From Octopus vulgaris (taxonomy: Eukaryota), in the NCBI GenBank assembly GCA_951406725.2, contig OX597819.1:121272001-121336000 (forward strand): DNA of 64,000 nt. Direction: 5' to 3'. A program made the translations under genes and the position numbers. Numbering within the stretch: position 1 is the first letter of the stretch; each line of letters begins with the position of its first letter. Positions 1 to 12,930 of this stretch are shown here, in pieces. The notes under the pieces are model-generated. The model was not told the origin of the DNA, searched no databases, and saw nothing but the letters and a program-made list of their open reading frames with translations.

Positions 1-979
1 ATGACAGTCAGATGATCACAGCTGGAGCGTCTTTGATCAAAGGTACATTGCCGGATCCAGTCTGATCTGGAGTTAAACAACCGAAATAATAAAACCAATA
101 ACATTACAAGGCAACAATAACAACGTAAACTACAACAGCAGTAAAAACAAACATAAACCACAGCAGTAGTGATAAAGCAAAAAAAGAAATGAAAACTAGC
201 TACTGCAGCAGCACCGGTTGAAGCAACAGCAGGAGTAGCAACAGCAGCCACAGCAGCAGCAGTCGGTGCAATTAAGAATGTTAAGTGCATTAATGTGGAT
301 TGTAGGTGAAGTAAAGTGGAAAGATAACAGTCAAAGACTGTCTCTATCTGATTGCTAACATCACACCTGAATGTTGTTGTATCATTTCTATTGTCAGCGA
401 CTAAAACTATTAGATCGGCAGCTACCAGGAACACGACCGACTATTATTTCATTGTTAGCTTCACGGTAGATTTACTAGAGCAGTATAGGGGTCGGTAGTG
501 ATGGTCGTGTGTGGTGGTGATACTAGAGAAAGTGATGGTGGTGGTGCTGGTAATGGTGTGGCAATTGGGCAACAGTGGGGTTGTATTCTTGCTAACTGCT
601 AATTAGTCACCAGGTATAATTTAGATAACAGAGTCGCTACGGTCGACAAGACAGACAATTGATATCTGCGCACAAGTGATACATTGTGGTGGTCCTCGAC
701 AAGGGACTTCATTTAGTTTCGTTTATTCCACTTGGGAAACTTGCAGATGGAGACATCGATAGCATATCAGTCTTACAAGTCTAACGGTCTAAGGTTCGTA
801 TCCAGCGCCGTCAGCTCTAATCTCTATTCATGGCCAAGATCTATAACTGTTGCTGGTGCATTCCACTGAACCAGATATTTGCAGGATACACACTTGTACA
901 TTCTTTATTGAAACGAAGAAGTATTCAGACTTATTAGAGAATTTATCGATGATTGACATGTATAACAGATTCAGTTGAA

Positions 980-1250
980 TTTATGTCTCATCCATTTCGA
1001 TCTCTTGTGATTAGGACAAATGATGTGGGATATCTGAATCAGTGGCCTTCAGTCGAGGCCATATTGTCTCTGTTTAATCATTTTGTGTCGCGGCATTTTA
1101 AAAACATTTATTCACATTTGATTATGGAATACGAACATCATAAACGCCAGTTTCTTTTCCTTCAATAAACCTCTCTCGTTTACACGCGGCTCATATTTTG
1201 GTATTCTGTTTTATTCACAGATTTTAAAATTGATTATTTGCACAGAAATT
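980..1250 (-). mobile_element. Possible decayed Penelope-like element C-terminus
   Basis: Minus-strand reading gives YEPRVNERGLLKEKKLAF...FLKCRD, resembling the PLE GIY-YIG C-terminal pattern Y.P..C.LCL.EK...KCRH. A very degenerate CTGAAGG...GAAA motif lies downstream. Confidence 0.3.
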
Positions 1251-1416
1251 ATAAGCAGAATTGCAGTAAAACAGAAATGCGAAATTAATAAACAGAACTG
1301 CAGTTACCAAATTGCAATTGGTATGACGAATATTTTGACCCCAAATAATAAATATTTAAGGGAAGTTTACACTCTTCGTGTGTTTTTGAACAGTTGGTAT
1401 ATATATATCCTGTGAA

Positions 1417-1752
1417 GGCGCATGGCTTAGTGGTTAGAGCGTAGAGCTTACGACCGTGAGGTTGTGAGTTCGATTCCCGGACCGGGCTTCGTGTTGTGTT
1501 CTTGAACAAGACACTTTATTTCACGTTGCTCTGGTTAACTGAGCTGTAGAAATGAGTTGCGAAATCACTGGTGCCAAGCTGTATCGGCCCCTTTGCTTTT
1601 CCCTTGGATAACATCAGTGGTGTGGAGAGGGGAGGCTGGTATGCATGGGCGACTGCTGGTCTTCCATAAGCAAACCTTGCCCGGACTTCTGCATCGGAGG
1701 ATAACTTTCTAGGTGCAATCCCATGGTCATTCATGACCGAAGGTGAGGGTCT
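1417..1752 (+). mobile_element. tRNA-derived SINE, family A (full length)
   Basis: A box TGGCTTAGTGG, B box GAGTTCGATTCC and a CORE-like TGTTCTTGAACAAGACACTT segment. A second copy lies at 42060-42390. Confidence 0.9.
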
Positions 1753-2085
1753 CCTCCTCCCCCTCTTCCTCTCTTATATATCTTCTATGCTGTAATTGCT
1801 TTAGTTTCAACACTGAAGCTCAGATCGAAACACTTACCTGGCAAATACGCTTCTGAAATATATAAACTCATACCCATATATATTCAATAAGTTGAGAAAT
1901 AAGGTTTGAGGGACTAACTAGAGCGAATTTCCGGAGGTTGTAACAAGAAAACAACACGCAGGTTTCGTTGTTTTTACAACCCTTAAATATCTGATTATCC
2001 CTGTATCCCAAGCTGATGAGGTGTAGCAGATGTAGGACATTTATTAACAGATACACTAGATCGTGAATGGCCCCACCCTCGCTTA

Positions 2086-2736
2086 TACGAGGTGAAGTGA
2101 AAATATTATCCGCACTTCCGCTCTAACATATTTTTATTATTGTCACACTGCCTTCTGCGCATCCGTGCTTATAGTTGGTATTATCGTGGTCACGTGATCG
2201 AAGTTTGAACCAATCGCAGCAATTTTTTTCTTCTTGGCTTTCCAGTCTAAACATGGCCACTCCACTAGTAATCTTCGCAAAAGAAGAACAAAGAGCAGTG
2301 ATCCGATTTCTTTGGTCGGAAGGTGTGTCAGGTCCTGATATTCATCGGAGGCTTGTAGTACAATATGGAGACAGTGCACTATCACACAGAAGTGTATATG
2401 AGTGGACCGAGATGTTTAAAACTGGCCGGACAAGCGGGAGACACAAAGAGGGAGTAGGATGCCCGTCAACTTCCACCACTAACGAGAAGAAACAGCAGGG
2501 TCGAGAGATCCTTTCGGGGTCGATAAATTAAGTACCAGTTACGCACTGGGGTCGATGTAATCGACTTAATACCTATGTCTGTCCTTGTTTGTCCCCTCTA
2601 TGTTTAGCCCCTTGTGGGTAATAAAGAAATAGGTAATGGTGAACCGGTTAACTATTACGATCCCTCGTAACACTGTGTGACAATAATTAAGATATGCTTT
2701 GGCGAAAGTGCGGATTATTTTTGACTTCCCCTCGTA
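2086..2736 (+). mobile_element. Internally deleted mariner-like transposon with N-terminal transposase remnant
   Basis: Imperfect ~35-bp TIRs (TACGAGGTGAAGTGAAAATATTATCCGCAC / GTGCGGATTATTTTTGACTTCCCCTCGTA) with TA flanks. The ORF reads MATPLVIFAKEEQRAVIRFLWSEG...IHRRL..QYG....SVYEW...FK.GR, a mariner HTH region. Confidence 0.9.
2508..2635 (+). mobile_element. 5'-truncated Nin-domain SINE (family B) nested in the mariner
   Basis: CCTTTCGGGGTCGATAAATTAAGTACCAG...TAAAGAAATAGGTA interrupts the transposase frame (REM|VMVNR). Confidence 0.88.
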
Positions 2737-3339
2737 TAATGTACGTGATTGACAGTTAGGATTAAGGGTTAGAATTGGGTGATTCTGCTGTCGTAAATAA
2801 CAATTGAGAATCCCGCAACTTCTTGCTGACTAACCTTCGAAGTTGATTTGTTTATATTGATCAGAATGTTTGCGTTGTACATTAGTGCACGTCCACCATA
2901 AAATCTTTGAATACACTGGTGGCTGGGGTTAGAAAGTTTGGGTATTTTCGTCCAGATAGAAGCAAAATACTTAAGTCTGGTAGACGCGCAATGTAAGAGC
3001 ACACTTTTGATGCTGGTCTGAAGAAGTGCCAGTCTAACGTTTAAAAACGTAAATATTACGTACATTTTCGCTTGGAACTTTTGCGTCAACTGGAGTTGGA
3101 AAAAGTGTTGTTGCAGAAACAATTGTAAACAGTCATTTAAGATGTGTTAAAGTCTTTCTCTGCTTTCTTATTTGGATTATATATGTATAAATAAGGATAA
3201 GGTCGATATTTAAGTACCAATCTTATCAGGTGGCCAGCATGGGAATAAAAACCTTCAAAGGTAATAATTATTTAAAATTATAATTTAGGGTATGTAAGAG
3301 ATACCACCACACTGGGAATAGCAGTCAAAACTCGACTCT

Positions 3340-3470
3340 AAAACCACATAAACAAGGTGGAGAAAATAGTACTCGAATACCAGAGGTAGAGTGATATGCT
3401 TTGAACGGGGACGTGAAATGAGTAACAATTTGTGTGAGGTTTTTGCAGCTTTACAGTGCATACATATAAG
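3340..3470. repeat. Dispersed repeat, related to 28478-28606 but internally inverted
   Basis: AAACAAGGTGG..AGTACTC.AATA.CAGAGGTAGAGT is shared. The following block is in the opposite orientation relative to the 28.5 kb copy. Confidence 0.6.
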
Positions 3471-3998
3471 AGTTACAGAATGAAGTAGGAAAAATCTGGG
3501 CTACATATGATCTATGGCCAGTGGAACTATAGAAGTGGCAAAATCCAGGCGAGGTGTATACTGTTGGTTATTCTTCATGCCAAAGATATCTAGATTAGAT
3601 TGAAGGCTACTTTGTCGCAAGGAGGTACACGTTGACGTAAAGAGTGTGTGGTAGTGACTTCGAAGTTTCGATTCTGCCCTTCTCCACACACATATTCTTT
3701 TGTGCTTACGCAGGGCAAATGAGGCGGAAGTGGAATAAATAAAGTTAGAACGAGAGTGCTGAGGTGTGTGAGAGAAACTAAGAAACTGAATAAGAAGCAG
3801 GAGTGAGTGGACAAAGAACACGAGATGGAGAGAGGCCGAGAGAGAGAGGGGGAAAGAGAGGGGGAGAGAGAAGGGAGGAGAAGGGGAAGTGAGAAAGACA
3901 GAGAGACGAAGAGATAATCCGGGCAGAGAGAATGCATAAATGAATAATAACAAGAAAAATGAGACACAGCAAAACTACCAGAAGAAAATAAACTCTAC

Positions 3999-3999
3999 A

Positions 4000-4054
<55 letters not shown>

Positions 4055-4093
4055 GTAATGATAATAATAATAATAACAACAATAATAATAATA

Positions 4094-4132
<39 letters not shown>

Positions 4133-4200
4133 GTAATAATAATAATAATAATAATAGTAATAATTATAATGACAATAATAATAACAATAATAATAAAAAT

Positions 4201-4236
<36 letters not shown>

Positions 4237-4258
4237 TATAATAATAATTATAATGATG

Positions 4259-4324
<66 letters not shown>

Positions 4325-4329
4325 TAATA

Positions 4330-4408
<79 letters not shown>

Positions 4409-4430
4409 TAATAATAATGATAATAATAAT
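3999..4430. repeat. (AAT)n/(GAT)n microsatellite
   Basis: Direct reading. Confidence 0.98.
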
Positions 4431-5719
4431 GCAGAAAGAAAACCATTGCTGCGTCCGTCTAGATATTGTGTTAATGCTTAATGCTGTTAGCCTCATTGAT
4501 TTCATTAGAAGAGAACAGAAGAGAAGCCAGTGTCGCAGAGAACCACAAGTTCGATCTGTAATCCACACCGAACATTGTTGACGGCTGAATTGGCATGTAA
4601 AACGATATGACGACAACCATGTTGCATGCTAATGAAGGTGTTGATGGAGGAGGTGGTGTTGATGGTGGTATTGGTGGTGTTGGTGTTGGTGGTGGTAGTG
4701 GTGGTGGTGTTGTTGGTGGTGGTGTTGTTGGCGGTGGTGTTGGGAGTGATGCCTTGTCAGAGATGTTCTTACTCTATAATTAATAGCTCAACAAAAACAA
4801 AATTCTCCACGGATTATTGGCCTGTATTATATCCGATGTCATGGCTGTGTGTGTACGTGTGTATGTGTGTGTGTACATGTGTGTGTGTACATGTGTGTAT
4901 TGGGCTGGGATGGGGAGAGAACTCACACCTTTCTTCATCAATGGCAACAATATTAAATATGAATTGAGAGAGAAAAAAAATTTCCTAACGAACAAAAACA
5001 TGGATGCGTATGAAGGTTTGTGTCTGTTCTCGGTGTATGTTTTTCAGAAAGTATTTGTGTGCGTGTTTGCGTGCTTGTATGCTTGTGTGTGTGTGTGTGT
5101 GTGTGTGTGTAATGTGTGTGTGTGTATGTCTGAATGTGTGTGTATATGTATGTGCGTGTGTTTGTGACTTGAAATCCATGTGTATATATGTGCTTACTAG
5201 TCATGCGTATGTATGTATTTGCGTGTTTCAGAGAAAGTCAGAGTGACAGAGAGACAGAGAGAGAGAAAATGGCAGAGAGAGAGAGAGAAAGAGAAGAGAG
5301 AGATGGAGAGGATGGAGAAAGAGAGAGATAGTGGGAGAGAGAGAGAGAGAGAGAGGGAGACAGACAGACAGACAGATTGAATGACGTAGCGTGCCACTGT
5401 ATTTCTATATGAAGTTGTATGCTTGTATTTCTGGTTGAATGTGTGTGCAATTTTTGTATCAAGTTTTGTATGCATTTATGTATGTGTAAATGTGTACGTA
5501 CTGTTTATGAACACTCGTGTGTATTTGTGTGTGAATATATCTGTATTTATCTGTAAGGAAGAGAGGCAGACCGTTAAAACTGGAGTCTGTGGACAAAAAG
5601 AAGAGAGTGTAAAGTTGATATTGGTTAAAGCAATTCATTATACGGAAAGTGTGTATAACGGAGACAAGCATGTACGGATATCAATGCGGTGGGTGGGTGT
5701 TTGTGTGGAAGAGGTTTGA

Positions 5720-6030
5720 AGGGTGTGGCTGAAGGTTTATGAAGTTGAAGACAACCAGCAGGTCTTGGATTCGAACCTACTTTATAACATTATTTGCGAA
5801 TATATTTCGCGATAGCTTTGTGTCGAGTGACGCCAAACAAGCTTCGTGGAGGAAATTGGATCAATGGCATCGGTGCAGAAGCCCTTGGGAAGGATTCTTC
5901 TGTAAGTGAAAGGACTGGTCTTGTCACACACTGAGTCCTGCTGAGCCTACCTGATAATCATGTTATTCCAATTAGGTTGTTCAGTTGAGCGAATGGCTGA
6001 CTGCTCATATGTCATTATCGACGGCAGCGA
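5720..6030 (+). mobile_element. Old degenerate SINE
   Basis: GGATTCGAACC B-box-like motif, a weak match to the family C body, and GGTCTTGTCACAC resembling tail D. Confidence 0.45.
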
Positions 6031-6035
6031 CCATA

Positions 6036-6425
6036 GGCTGTGTGGTAAGTAGCTTGTTTACCAACCACATGGTTCCGGGTTCAGTCCCACTGCGTGGCAC
6101 CTTGGGCAAGTGTCTACTACTCTAGCCTCGGGCAGACCAAAGCCTTGTGAGTGGATTTGGTAGACGGAAACTGAAAGAAGCCCGTCGTATATATGTATAT
6201 ATATATGTATGTGCGTGTACGTTTGTGTGTCTGTGTTTGTCCCCCTAGCATTGCTTGACAACCGATGCTGGTGTGTTTATGTCCCCGTCACTTAGCGGTT
6301 CGGCAAAAGAGACCGATAGAATAAGTACTGGGCTTACAAGGAATAAGTCCCGGGGTCAAGTTGCTCGATTAAAGGCGGTGCACCAGCATGGCCGCAGTCA
6401 AAATGACTGAAACAAGTAAAAAGAG
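6036..6425 (+). mobile_element. tRNA-derived CORE-like SINE, family C (internal TA/TG microsatellite, CR1-like tail)
   Basis: GGCTGTGTGGTAAG...GGGTTCAGTCCC...GGCACCTTGGGCAAGTGTC...CAGCATGGCCGCAGTCAAAATGACTGAAAC; more than 10 related copies in the window. Confidence 0.92.
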
Positions 6426-6619
6426 AAAGAGATATATACGTGGTCTGATCAATCAGTATCTGGACTGTTGCCATAGTAACGAGGCTAAAGCACGCAGAAA
6501 AAAGCCGCTCGGCACAAATTGACCTCAAACTCTGTTGTGCATGCACACTAACTTTTAACGTTCTAGCTCACTTTCGCCATTTGCAGCAGTCCTTGGAAGG
6601 AATGTGTGTAGCGTGTGAT

Positions 6620-7261
6620 AATCATATTGTTAAATGGTTAAGAACATTAGAAATCTCTAGAGCATTAGTAGTCTCTATTCTCCCTACCCCACTAGCTTCA
6701 GTCTACTAACTTTAGCTAAAAGACATTGAAATATGCCAAAGTTAAATTCTTCATAATGGAGTTGGATTTATGGCTTTGACATTTGTACTACCTCTTCCTC
6801 TAGCTATAAATAGAAAAAAAATCTTCTTTGTCTCCATTGAACTAAATAAGAAACCCCCTCCCCATTGAAATCTAAATAACAAAGTGAACTCAGTAATAGA
6901 AAATCTACACATGGAGAATGACCTTCTACTACCATGTTCTAAATGATAAAATTAACCTCTCTGTCTATATATCTACCCTTTTTGTAATGTTGGCAAATGG
7001 ACTAAGTATAAAAATTTTCATTGTCTATTTAATTTAAAATATTCTATATGTGGCTGAGGATTGCTCTACATTTTAAAACTGATGTAATAGTTGCATTGTT
7101 TAATAAAATGAAGTAGCATGAAACGATTGTACTACACTACCTTGGATATCCTTGTTGCTTATTTTGATTATAATCACCCCATTTGATTTATACGGATAAT
7201 ACCATAGCAAATTCTGGTGCCTTTAAATTAAGTTCCATATTCATCTGAATCTAAATTTTGC

Positions 7262-7262
<1 letters not shown>
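6620..7262 (+). mobile_element. Penelope-like element 3' end (decayed GIY-YIG C-terminus plus tail)
   Basis: Frameshifted YK*KKNLLCLH...LNNK/SEL...LH pattern, followed by a hammerhead. The tail is shared with 14296-14406 and 51285-51510. Confidence 0.6.
7049..7136 (+). ncRNA. Type I hammerhead ribozyme motif
   Basis: TGTGG-CTGAGGA-T[TGCT..CATTTTA....TAAAATG..AGCA]T-GAAA-CGATTG-TA-CTACA. Stem I is TGTGG/CTACA and the predicted cleavage is after GTA (7131). Confidence 0.75.
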
Positions 7263-7359
<97 letters not shown>

Positions 7360-7840
7360 TTGAATATATGTATATGTATGTATGTATGGATGGATGGATG
7401 GATGGATGTATAGCCTTGTGCCAAAATCAGATGTCAGTAATATTCGGGGAAAAGATGCAGACAGCCATTCGCGAAGCACGAATCAAACATCTAACTTTTC
7501 CCCAACGATCAGGATGCCATTGCATCCGTTCAAATTCGACCTCTCAGTCTAACTGTCAAGGGAGAAAGATTGTCGTGTATTTTGATCGTGATTTAGAAGC
7601 ATCGAGAAATATGAAAACAACCCCTTTTTTTTTTTACAAAGATAGTCAAATGAAATGTAGTTCTATATAAGAGCTGACTATGTTAGGTAAACATGAAAAC
7701 TTTGGACGGAAAAGAAAGCGAAGAGCAACACATCCCCTGGGTTGATCTGACTGGTGGAGAATCATGTACGTTTGTATGTCGTGGGTCATGTGATTGTAAA
7801 ATTGTGTCATTGTATGTCTTTTATTGACTGAGTGTGTGAG

Positions 7841-8600
7841 GGTGGTGAGCTGGAAGAATCGTTTGCACGCCGAGTAAAATGCTTAGCAGCATTTCGTCCT
7901 TTTTTACTTCCTGACTTCAGATTCCGCTGAGGTCGACTTTGCCTTTTATCCTTTCGGGGTCGATAAATTAAGTACCAGTTGCGTACTAGAGTCGATCTAA
8001 TCGACTGGCCCCCTTCCCCAAAATTTCGGGCCTTGTGTCTAGAGTAGAACAGAATCGTTAGCACGCCGGGCGAAATGCTTAGCAGTATTTCGTCTGCCGG
8101 TATTTCGTTCTGGGTTCAAATTGCACCGAATTCGACTTTGCCTTTCATCCTTTCGGGGTCGATTAAATAAGTACCAATTACGCACTGGGGTCCCTTCTCT
8201 GTTTAGACCCTTGTGGGTAGTAAAGAAGTAGGTATTTCGTCTGACGCTACGTTCTGAGTTCAAGTTCCACCGAGGTCGACTTTGCCTTTCATCCTTTCAG
8301 GGTCGATTAAATAAGTACCAGTTACGCACTGGAGTCGATGTAATCGACTTAATCCGTTTGTCTGTCCTTGTTGGTCCTCTCTGTGTTTAGCCCCTTGTGG
8401 GTAGTAAAGAAATAGGCATTTCGTCTGCCGGTATTTCGTTCTGGGTTCAAATTCCTCCGAGGTCGACTTTGCCTTTCATTCTTCCAGGTTCGATTAAATA
8501 AGTACCAGTTACGTACTTATGTCGATGTAATCAACTTAATCCCTTTGTTTGTCCTACTTCCTCCCCTCTATGTTTAGCCTCCTTGTGGGTAATAAAGAAT
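7841..8600 (+). mobile_element. Head-to-tail array of four Nin-domain SINE (family B) units
   Basis: Four copies of GACTTTGCCTTTCATCCTTTCGGGGTCGAT.AA.TAAGTACCAG, a Deu/Nin-like core, each preceded by a GTTCAAAT B-box-like motif. Confidence 0.9.
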
Positions 8601-10030
8601 GTATGTCTTTTTGTGGGTTTTTTTTGTAGTGTTATGTTGTTTCGTAGTATTACTTTTTTCTAAATGTATTAATGAGTGGAATTCTTGAAATGTGTGTCAG
8701 CAGTGATGTGTGATGGAAATGTTGAGCGTCTGTAGTTCTATACCCAGAGTTTTGTATCTGGAGTGTCTCTAGATCTGTGTGTCTGAAAAGCTGTTAGATG
8801 ACAGATCTGTGTGTGTGTTTATAGTGCTGGGAGTCAATGGCGCAATATCTGTAGTGCTGGGTGTTTTTAGTGTTGTATGATTCGTTGTGTTGTGAATCTG
8901 TATATAACATTGTGTGCCAGTGATGTGTGTCTATACTGTTGTGTGTTTATAGTGTTGTGTGTCTGTAATGCTCTGTCTGTAATGCGTAATCATCCTGTTG
9001 CTGTATCTAGCGCTGTACCATTATGGTATTCAGTGTAATGCCGTATATGTGTAGCGTTGTGTGTTTGCTGCGCTATTGCTTGTAATGTTCTCTCTACTGC
9101 ATTACTGCACATTTGTGCTGCTGTGTGTTTCAAGAAAAAAATCACAAACAAGAAAGAGAGAGAGAGAACAGAAGACTCTTTATGTGTGTATGTGTGTGTT
9201 TCGTGTAGTGTTCAAACAATTTTAAGCATGTTTTGTGCTCCCTCTTGCACTACACTACCTCGCTCTCCTCTCCTTCTCCTTCTCCTATCAACCTGTTATG
9301 TTCTGTTCTACTCCGGCTGTTCTCCTGCCGCCATTATGCATTTGTGTCTGCTACGCTATTATTACTTTGTTTTCTATGGCGAAATCTAATGGATGGCGTC
9401 GTTCTGTGTTGGATTTCAGAGTGTCGTTGCTATCTGTTCCAAACCAACGCACATCTGTGTGACATGCGATTTCATGAGCTCAGGCTAGATAGTTTTCGCG
9501 CCTTTCAAGGTCTAGGACTTCATGTGAAAAGTTGACGAATAAATCGAGAGAAAGTTAGACAGCTTTCTTCAATTGAATATGAAATATGATTCGTGAACAG
9601 TTGATTACAGTGTGAGCTATGAATGCTATTTATTTACGTTTCAGTCGGCATTGTCAACTTAATAGCCTCATAAAATGCTCAAAGGTGAGAGCAATGAAAC
9701 CGGGTTCGCGTTAAACGTTGCTATAAACAACGAGAAGAAACGGTTAAGAAAATGAGTGAAGACGGCGAATTATTCTCAGCTTTCTCGCTGTTATTACGTG
9801 TTTCTCTATTAATCTCCCCTTCCTCCTTCCGTTATCCACGTTCCTTTTACTCGTTGCTGGATTTCTTTCTCTCTCTCCTCTTTCTATCTCTTCCATCTCC
9901 CCCTCCATCTCTCACTTTCCCTCTCTACTCTTTCGCTATGTAATTATAGCAAAGGAAAACAGGTTTTGTTGCGCCATTTTGTGTTAGGTTTTTCGTTGTT
10001 TATTGAAGGGTATTTTTTAATTGTATGATT

Positions 10031-10058
10031 TTGTTGTTGCTGCTGCTACTGCTGCTGA

Positions 10059-10107
<49 letters not shown>

Positions 10108-10480
10108 GCTGCTGCTGTTGTTGTTGTTGTTGTTGTTGTTGTAATTTGACATGTTATATTTGAAGTGTTATATTTGTTGGAAAATATGTGCATGTGAGAG
10201 AGAAAGAAAGAAAGAAAGAAAGAAAGAACAAGGTGATGAGAACAAGAGAGAGAGAGAGAGAGTAAGAGAGAGATCAAGAAAGATAGCAAGAAAGAGCAAG
10301 AGAGGCTAAGAAAGAGAGAGAGAGAAGGATCAAGGGAGAGAGAGAGAGTGAGGACAAGAAAGAGAGAGAGAGAGTGAGAACAAGAGAGAGAGAGAGAGAG
10401 TGAGAACAAGAAAGAGAGAGAGAGAGTGAGAACAAAAGAGAGAGAGAGTGAGAACAAGAAAGAGAGGGAACAAGAGAGTG
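10031..10480. repeat. (GTT/GCT)n microsatellite followed by a GA-rich low-complexity tract
   Basis: Direct reading. Confidence 0.95.
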
Positions 10481-10786
10481 AGAGAGTATTTAGTGTGTGT
10501 CTGAGTGTGTGAGAGAACGGCTGTGATAGTATTGTTTATGAGACATAGAAAGTGCGCATGTCAGAGTCAATGTATATATGTAACTGGGAAATAATGAAAA
10601 GGGGAGCGCATATTTATGTATGTGTGTATGTAGGCGCATGGATGTGTATTTGTCCGCGAGCAAGAATACACGAATGGATCAGTCTTTCCATGCTGTAATA
10701 AGAGATAAAAACTATCACTGAACTGATCCTCCGTACCGGTTTCGAGTTTTGCATGCGACAAACTTACGTCACGTCCAACAATTACT

Positions 10787-10995
10787 ACGGCACTCCGTCG
10801 GTTACAACGACGAAGGTTCCAGTTGATCTAATCAACGGAACGGACTACTCGTGAAATTAACGTGCAAGTGGCTGAGCACTCCACAGACACGTGTAACCTT
10901 AACGTAGTTCTCGGGGAGATTTAGCGTGACACAGAGTGTGACAAGGCTGGCCCTTTGAAATGCAGGTACAACAGAAACAGAAAGAGTGATAGAAC
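10787..10995 (-). mobile_element. SINE 3' portion (tail D with E-type linker)
   Basis: Reverse complement matches 27040-27197 (TTTCAAAGGGCCAGCCTTGTCACA...CACGTTAATTTCA.GAG...TTCCGTTGAT). Confidence 0.8.
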
Positions 10996-10999
10996 AAAT

Positions 11000-12253
11000 T
11001 TACTGCATTTTTTTTAACACTTATACTTTCGCCATTTTCATTTGGTCACGAAATGTCACATTACACACAGTTTCACCAACAAAATACATCCTTTTATCCG
11101 TAACACCGTGTGCTACTTTTATAGATTTACGTAATTTCGGTTTATCGATATGGTTCCAAGTTTCTTCATTCGTAATGATAATATCACTTCCAGGGTCTAA
11201 CTGCATTTTTACTCTTACACTTTTAATTTTCACATTTACCAATTTCCTCTTTTTCACATTACCATCTTCTTTCAACGACATCTTGTTTATTCTTGTTTTT
11301 TTCTTTATTCCAACGTTTTGTCATCTTGGTTTTACAGAGCGCTTTTACGTGTCCTATTTTTCCACAACGGAAAGGTTCCATTTGCTTAGATGGGCAATTT
11401 TTTTCTCGGGTGTAGACCTCCACTTGAAAAACATGGGTTTGTTTTCTGATTTCTGTCCTGTTTGTATTGTATTTTACTACACGCTTGATTTCTGTTCTGC
11501 CTGTTTTGCATTTCCCGACGCATTTATTTCACCTGGGAACAATCTTTATGTTCAATTTTCTCTGTGTCGTGTCTTAGATTTACTATTCTTTCACCTTTTT
11601 CACACTTGTAAGATTATAGCTTGGTTTTGTTCCACTTTAGCGAGAATTCGTGATCTTACTTCTGCGTCTTTTTCTGCAGTTAGTCCTTGAGTAACTATCA
11701 GGCACTTGAACATATCTGGCGTTAATTCGTCTAATTTGAATTTTTCACATTCTCTATTAACTCTACCAGCATATGTGATGTAGTCCTCCACGTTGTTCTT
11801 CTCTTGGTTGAAACATTTCCAGAATGTATTGAATAAAGAGTTTTTCTCACCAAACATTTTACACAGTTTGTCTATTGTATCTTTAAAGTTTATGTCAGAA
11901 GGATTTTTCAGGAATACGTAATTCCAGCACCGCTCATGTTTCCCTGCTGCCAGTTTTCTCAAGATTAGACATGTTTTCATATCTTCGTCCCAATCTTTGC
12001 ACTCTTTATTGAAGGTCTGTTCATATCTTCTATAGTACGCCTCGAAGATAACTCCTTCCTATGGCTCATACTTAAATACCGTTATTGAGTTTGCAACATA
12101 ATCTGGCGAGAACATCTTTTCAGCGTTTTTTCACGACTTGCTATTCATTAATTGCAGCATTTGTTGCTGTAATAGTAAATGTTGTTGTTGTTCTTTCAGT
12201 GGTTGTCGTTGCTGCTTTTGTAACCCGATCAAACCGGTCAACAATTCTTCCAT
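11000..12253 (-). pseudogene. Ty3/Gypsy LTR retrotransposon gag plus aspartic protease, decayed
   Basis: ATG at 12253 (MEELLTGLIGLQKQQ...); gag-like YAGRVNRECEKFKLDELTPDMFKCLIVTQGL; zinc knuckle F.CGKIGHVKALC; protease VKMQLDPGSDI (D-T-G degenerate). Stops and frameshifts are present. Confidence 0.88.
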
Positions 12254-12352
12254 GATTTTAAGATTTTCTATATAGTAAAATTCGCACGAAGAACCTTTGG
12301 TGAGTTTCGTAACTCCTTGTGAGTTTGTTTAATCCTCATGAGTTTGTTAATT

Positions 12353-12627
12353 CCTCGTCGCCGCTGTTGTAATCCTCTGTCCGAATGTTCTAACGTCCAT
12401 AATCCGGTATAGCAGTACAGTTAGTTAGACAAGTAAGACACATCTACTACCTCAGTCACACTATTTGTAATGAATAGCACATACCACTCGTGAAATGGGA
12501 GGGATGTTCCATTATTACTATTATCCGCTTAACACTTATAATAATTAATAATTATTTCTCTGCAGTTGATCTCGTATATCTTCCATATTGTTCCTGTATA
12601 TCATCCATATTATTCATATTGTAGCAA
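12353..12627 (-). mobile_element. Primer-binding site and 5' LTR of the Gypsy element
   Basis: Minus strand reads ...TACAACA-GCGGCGACGAGG, an LTR end followed by a TGGCGACGAG-type PBS. The distal LTR boundary is uncertain. Confidence 0.6.
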
Positions 12628-12789
12628 TATGCTTGAAACTGCCAGCAAGTGAGTCATGTTACCAAAACATAACGTTTATCTAGAAGGCGAGGAAAGCCAC
12701 ATACATCAATTTACTCTTCTTCACAACACTGCATATCACACCAATCACTATGTACAAACTTCTTTTCAGTATCTTTGCGAGGAATCCTT

Positions 12790-12879
12790 CTCCTGCTCCT
12801 CCTGCTCCTCCTCCTGCTCCTCCTGCTCCTGCTCCTGCTCCTCCTGCTCCTCCTCCTCCTCCTCCTCCTCCTCCTCCTC

Positions 12880-12930
<51 letters not shown>

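Noticed and set aside
1-80. Old dispersed repeat (TTTGATCA.AGGT...GG.TAAACAAC), also near 37690, 44260 and 44500
   Set aside because: The similarity is visible, but it is too degenerate to define boundaries or class.
2769-3122. Possible LINE RT remnant (RLKYFASIW...IQRF)
   Set aside because: The similarity is too weak to support by eye.
3778-4616. Poly-N, poly-I and poly-Y ORFs, and the many similar YI/CV/HT/LS ORFs across the window
   Set aside because: They are translations of di-, tri- and tetranucleotide microsatellites.
7841-8600. CRISPR-like or satellite array
   Set aside because: The units are ~185-bp SINE monomers with no unique spacers, in a eukaryotic context with no cas genes.
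10986-11690. 234-aa hydrophobic plus-strand ORF
   Set aside because: It is the antisense shadow of the Gypsy gag/protease on the minus strand.
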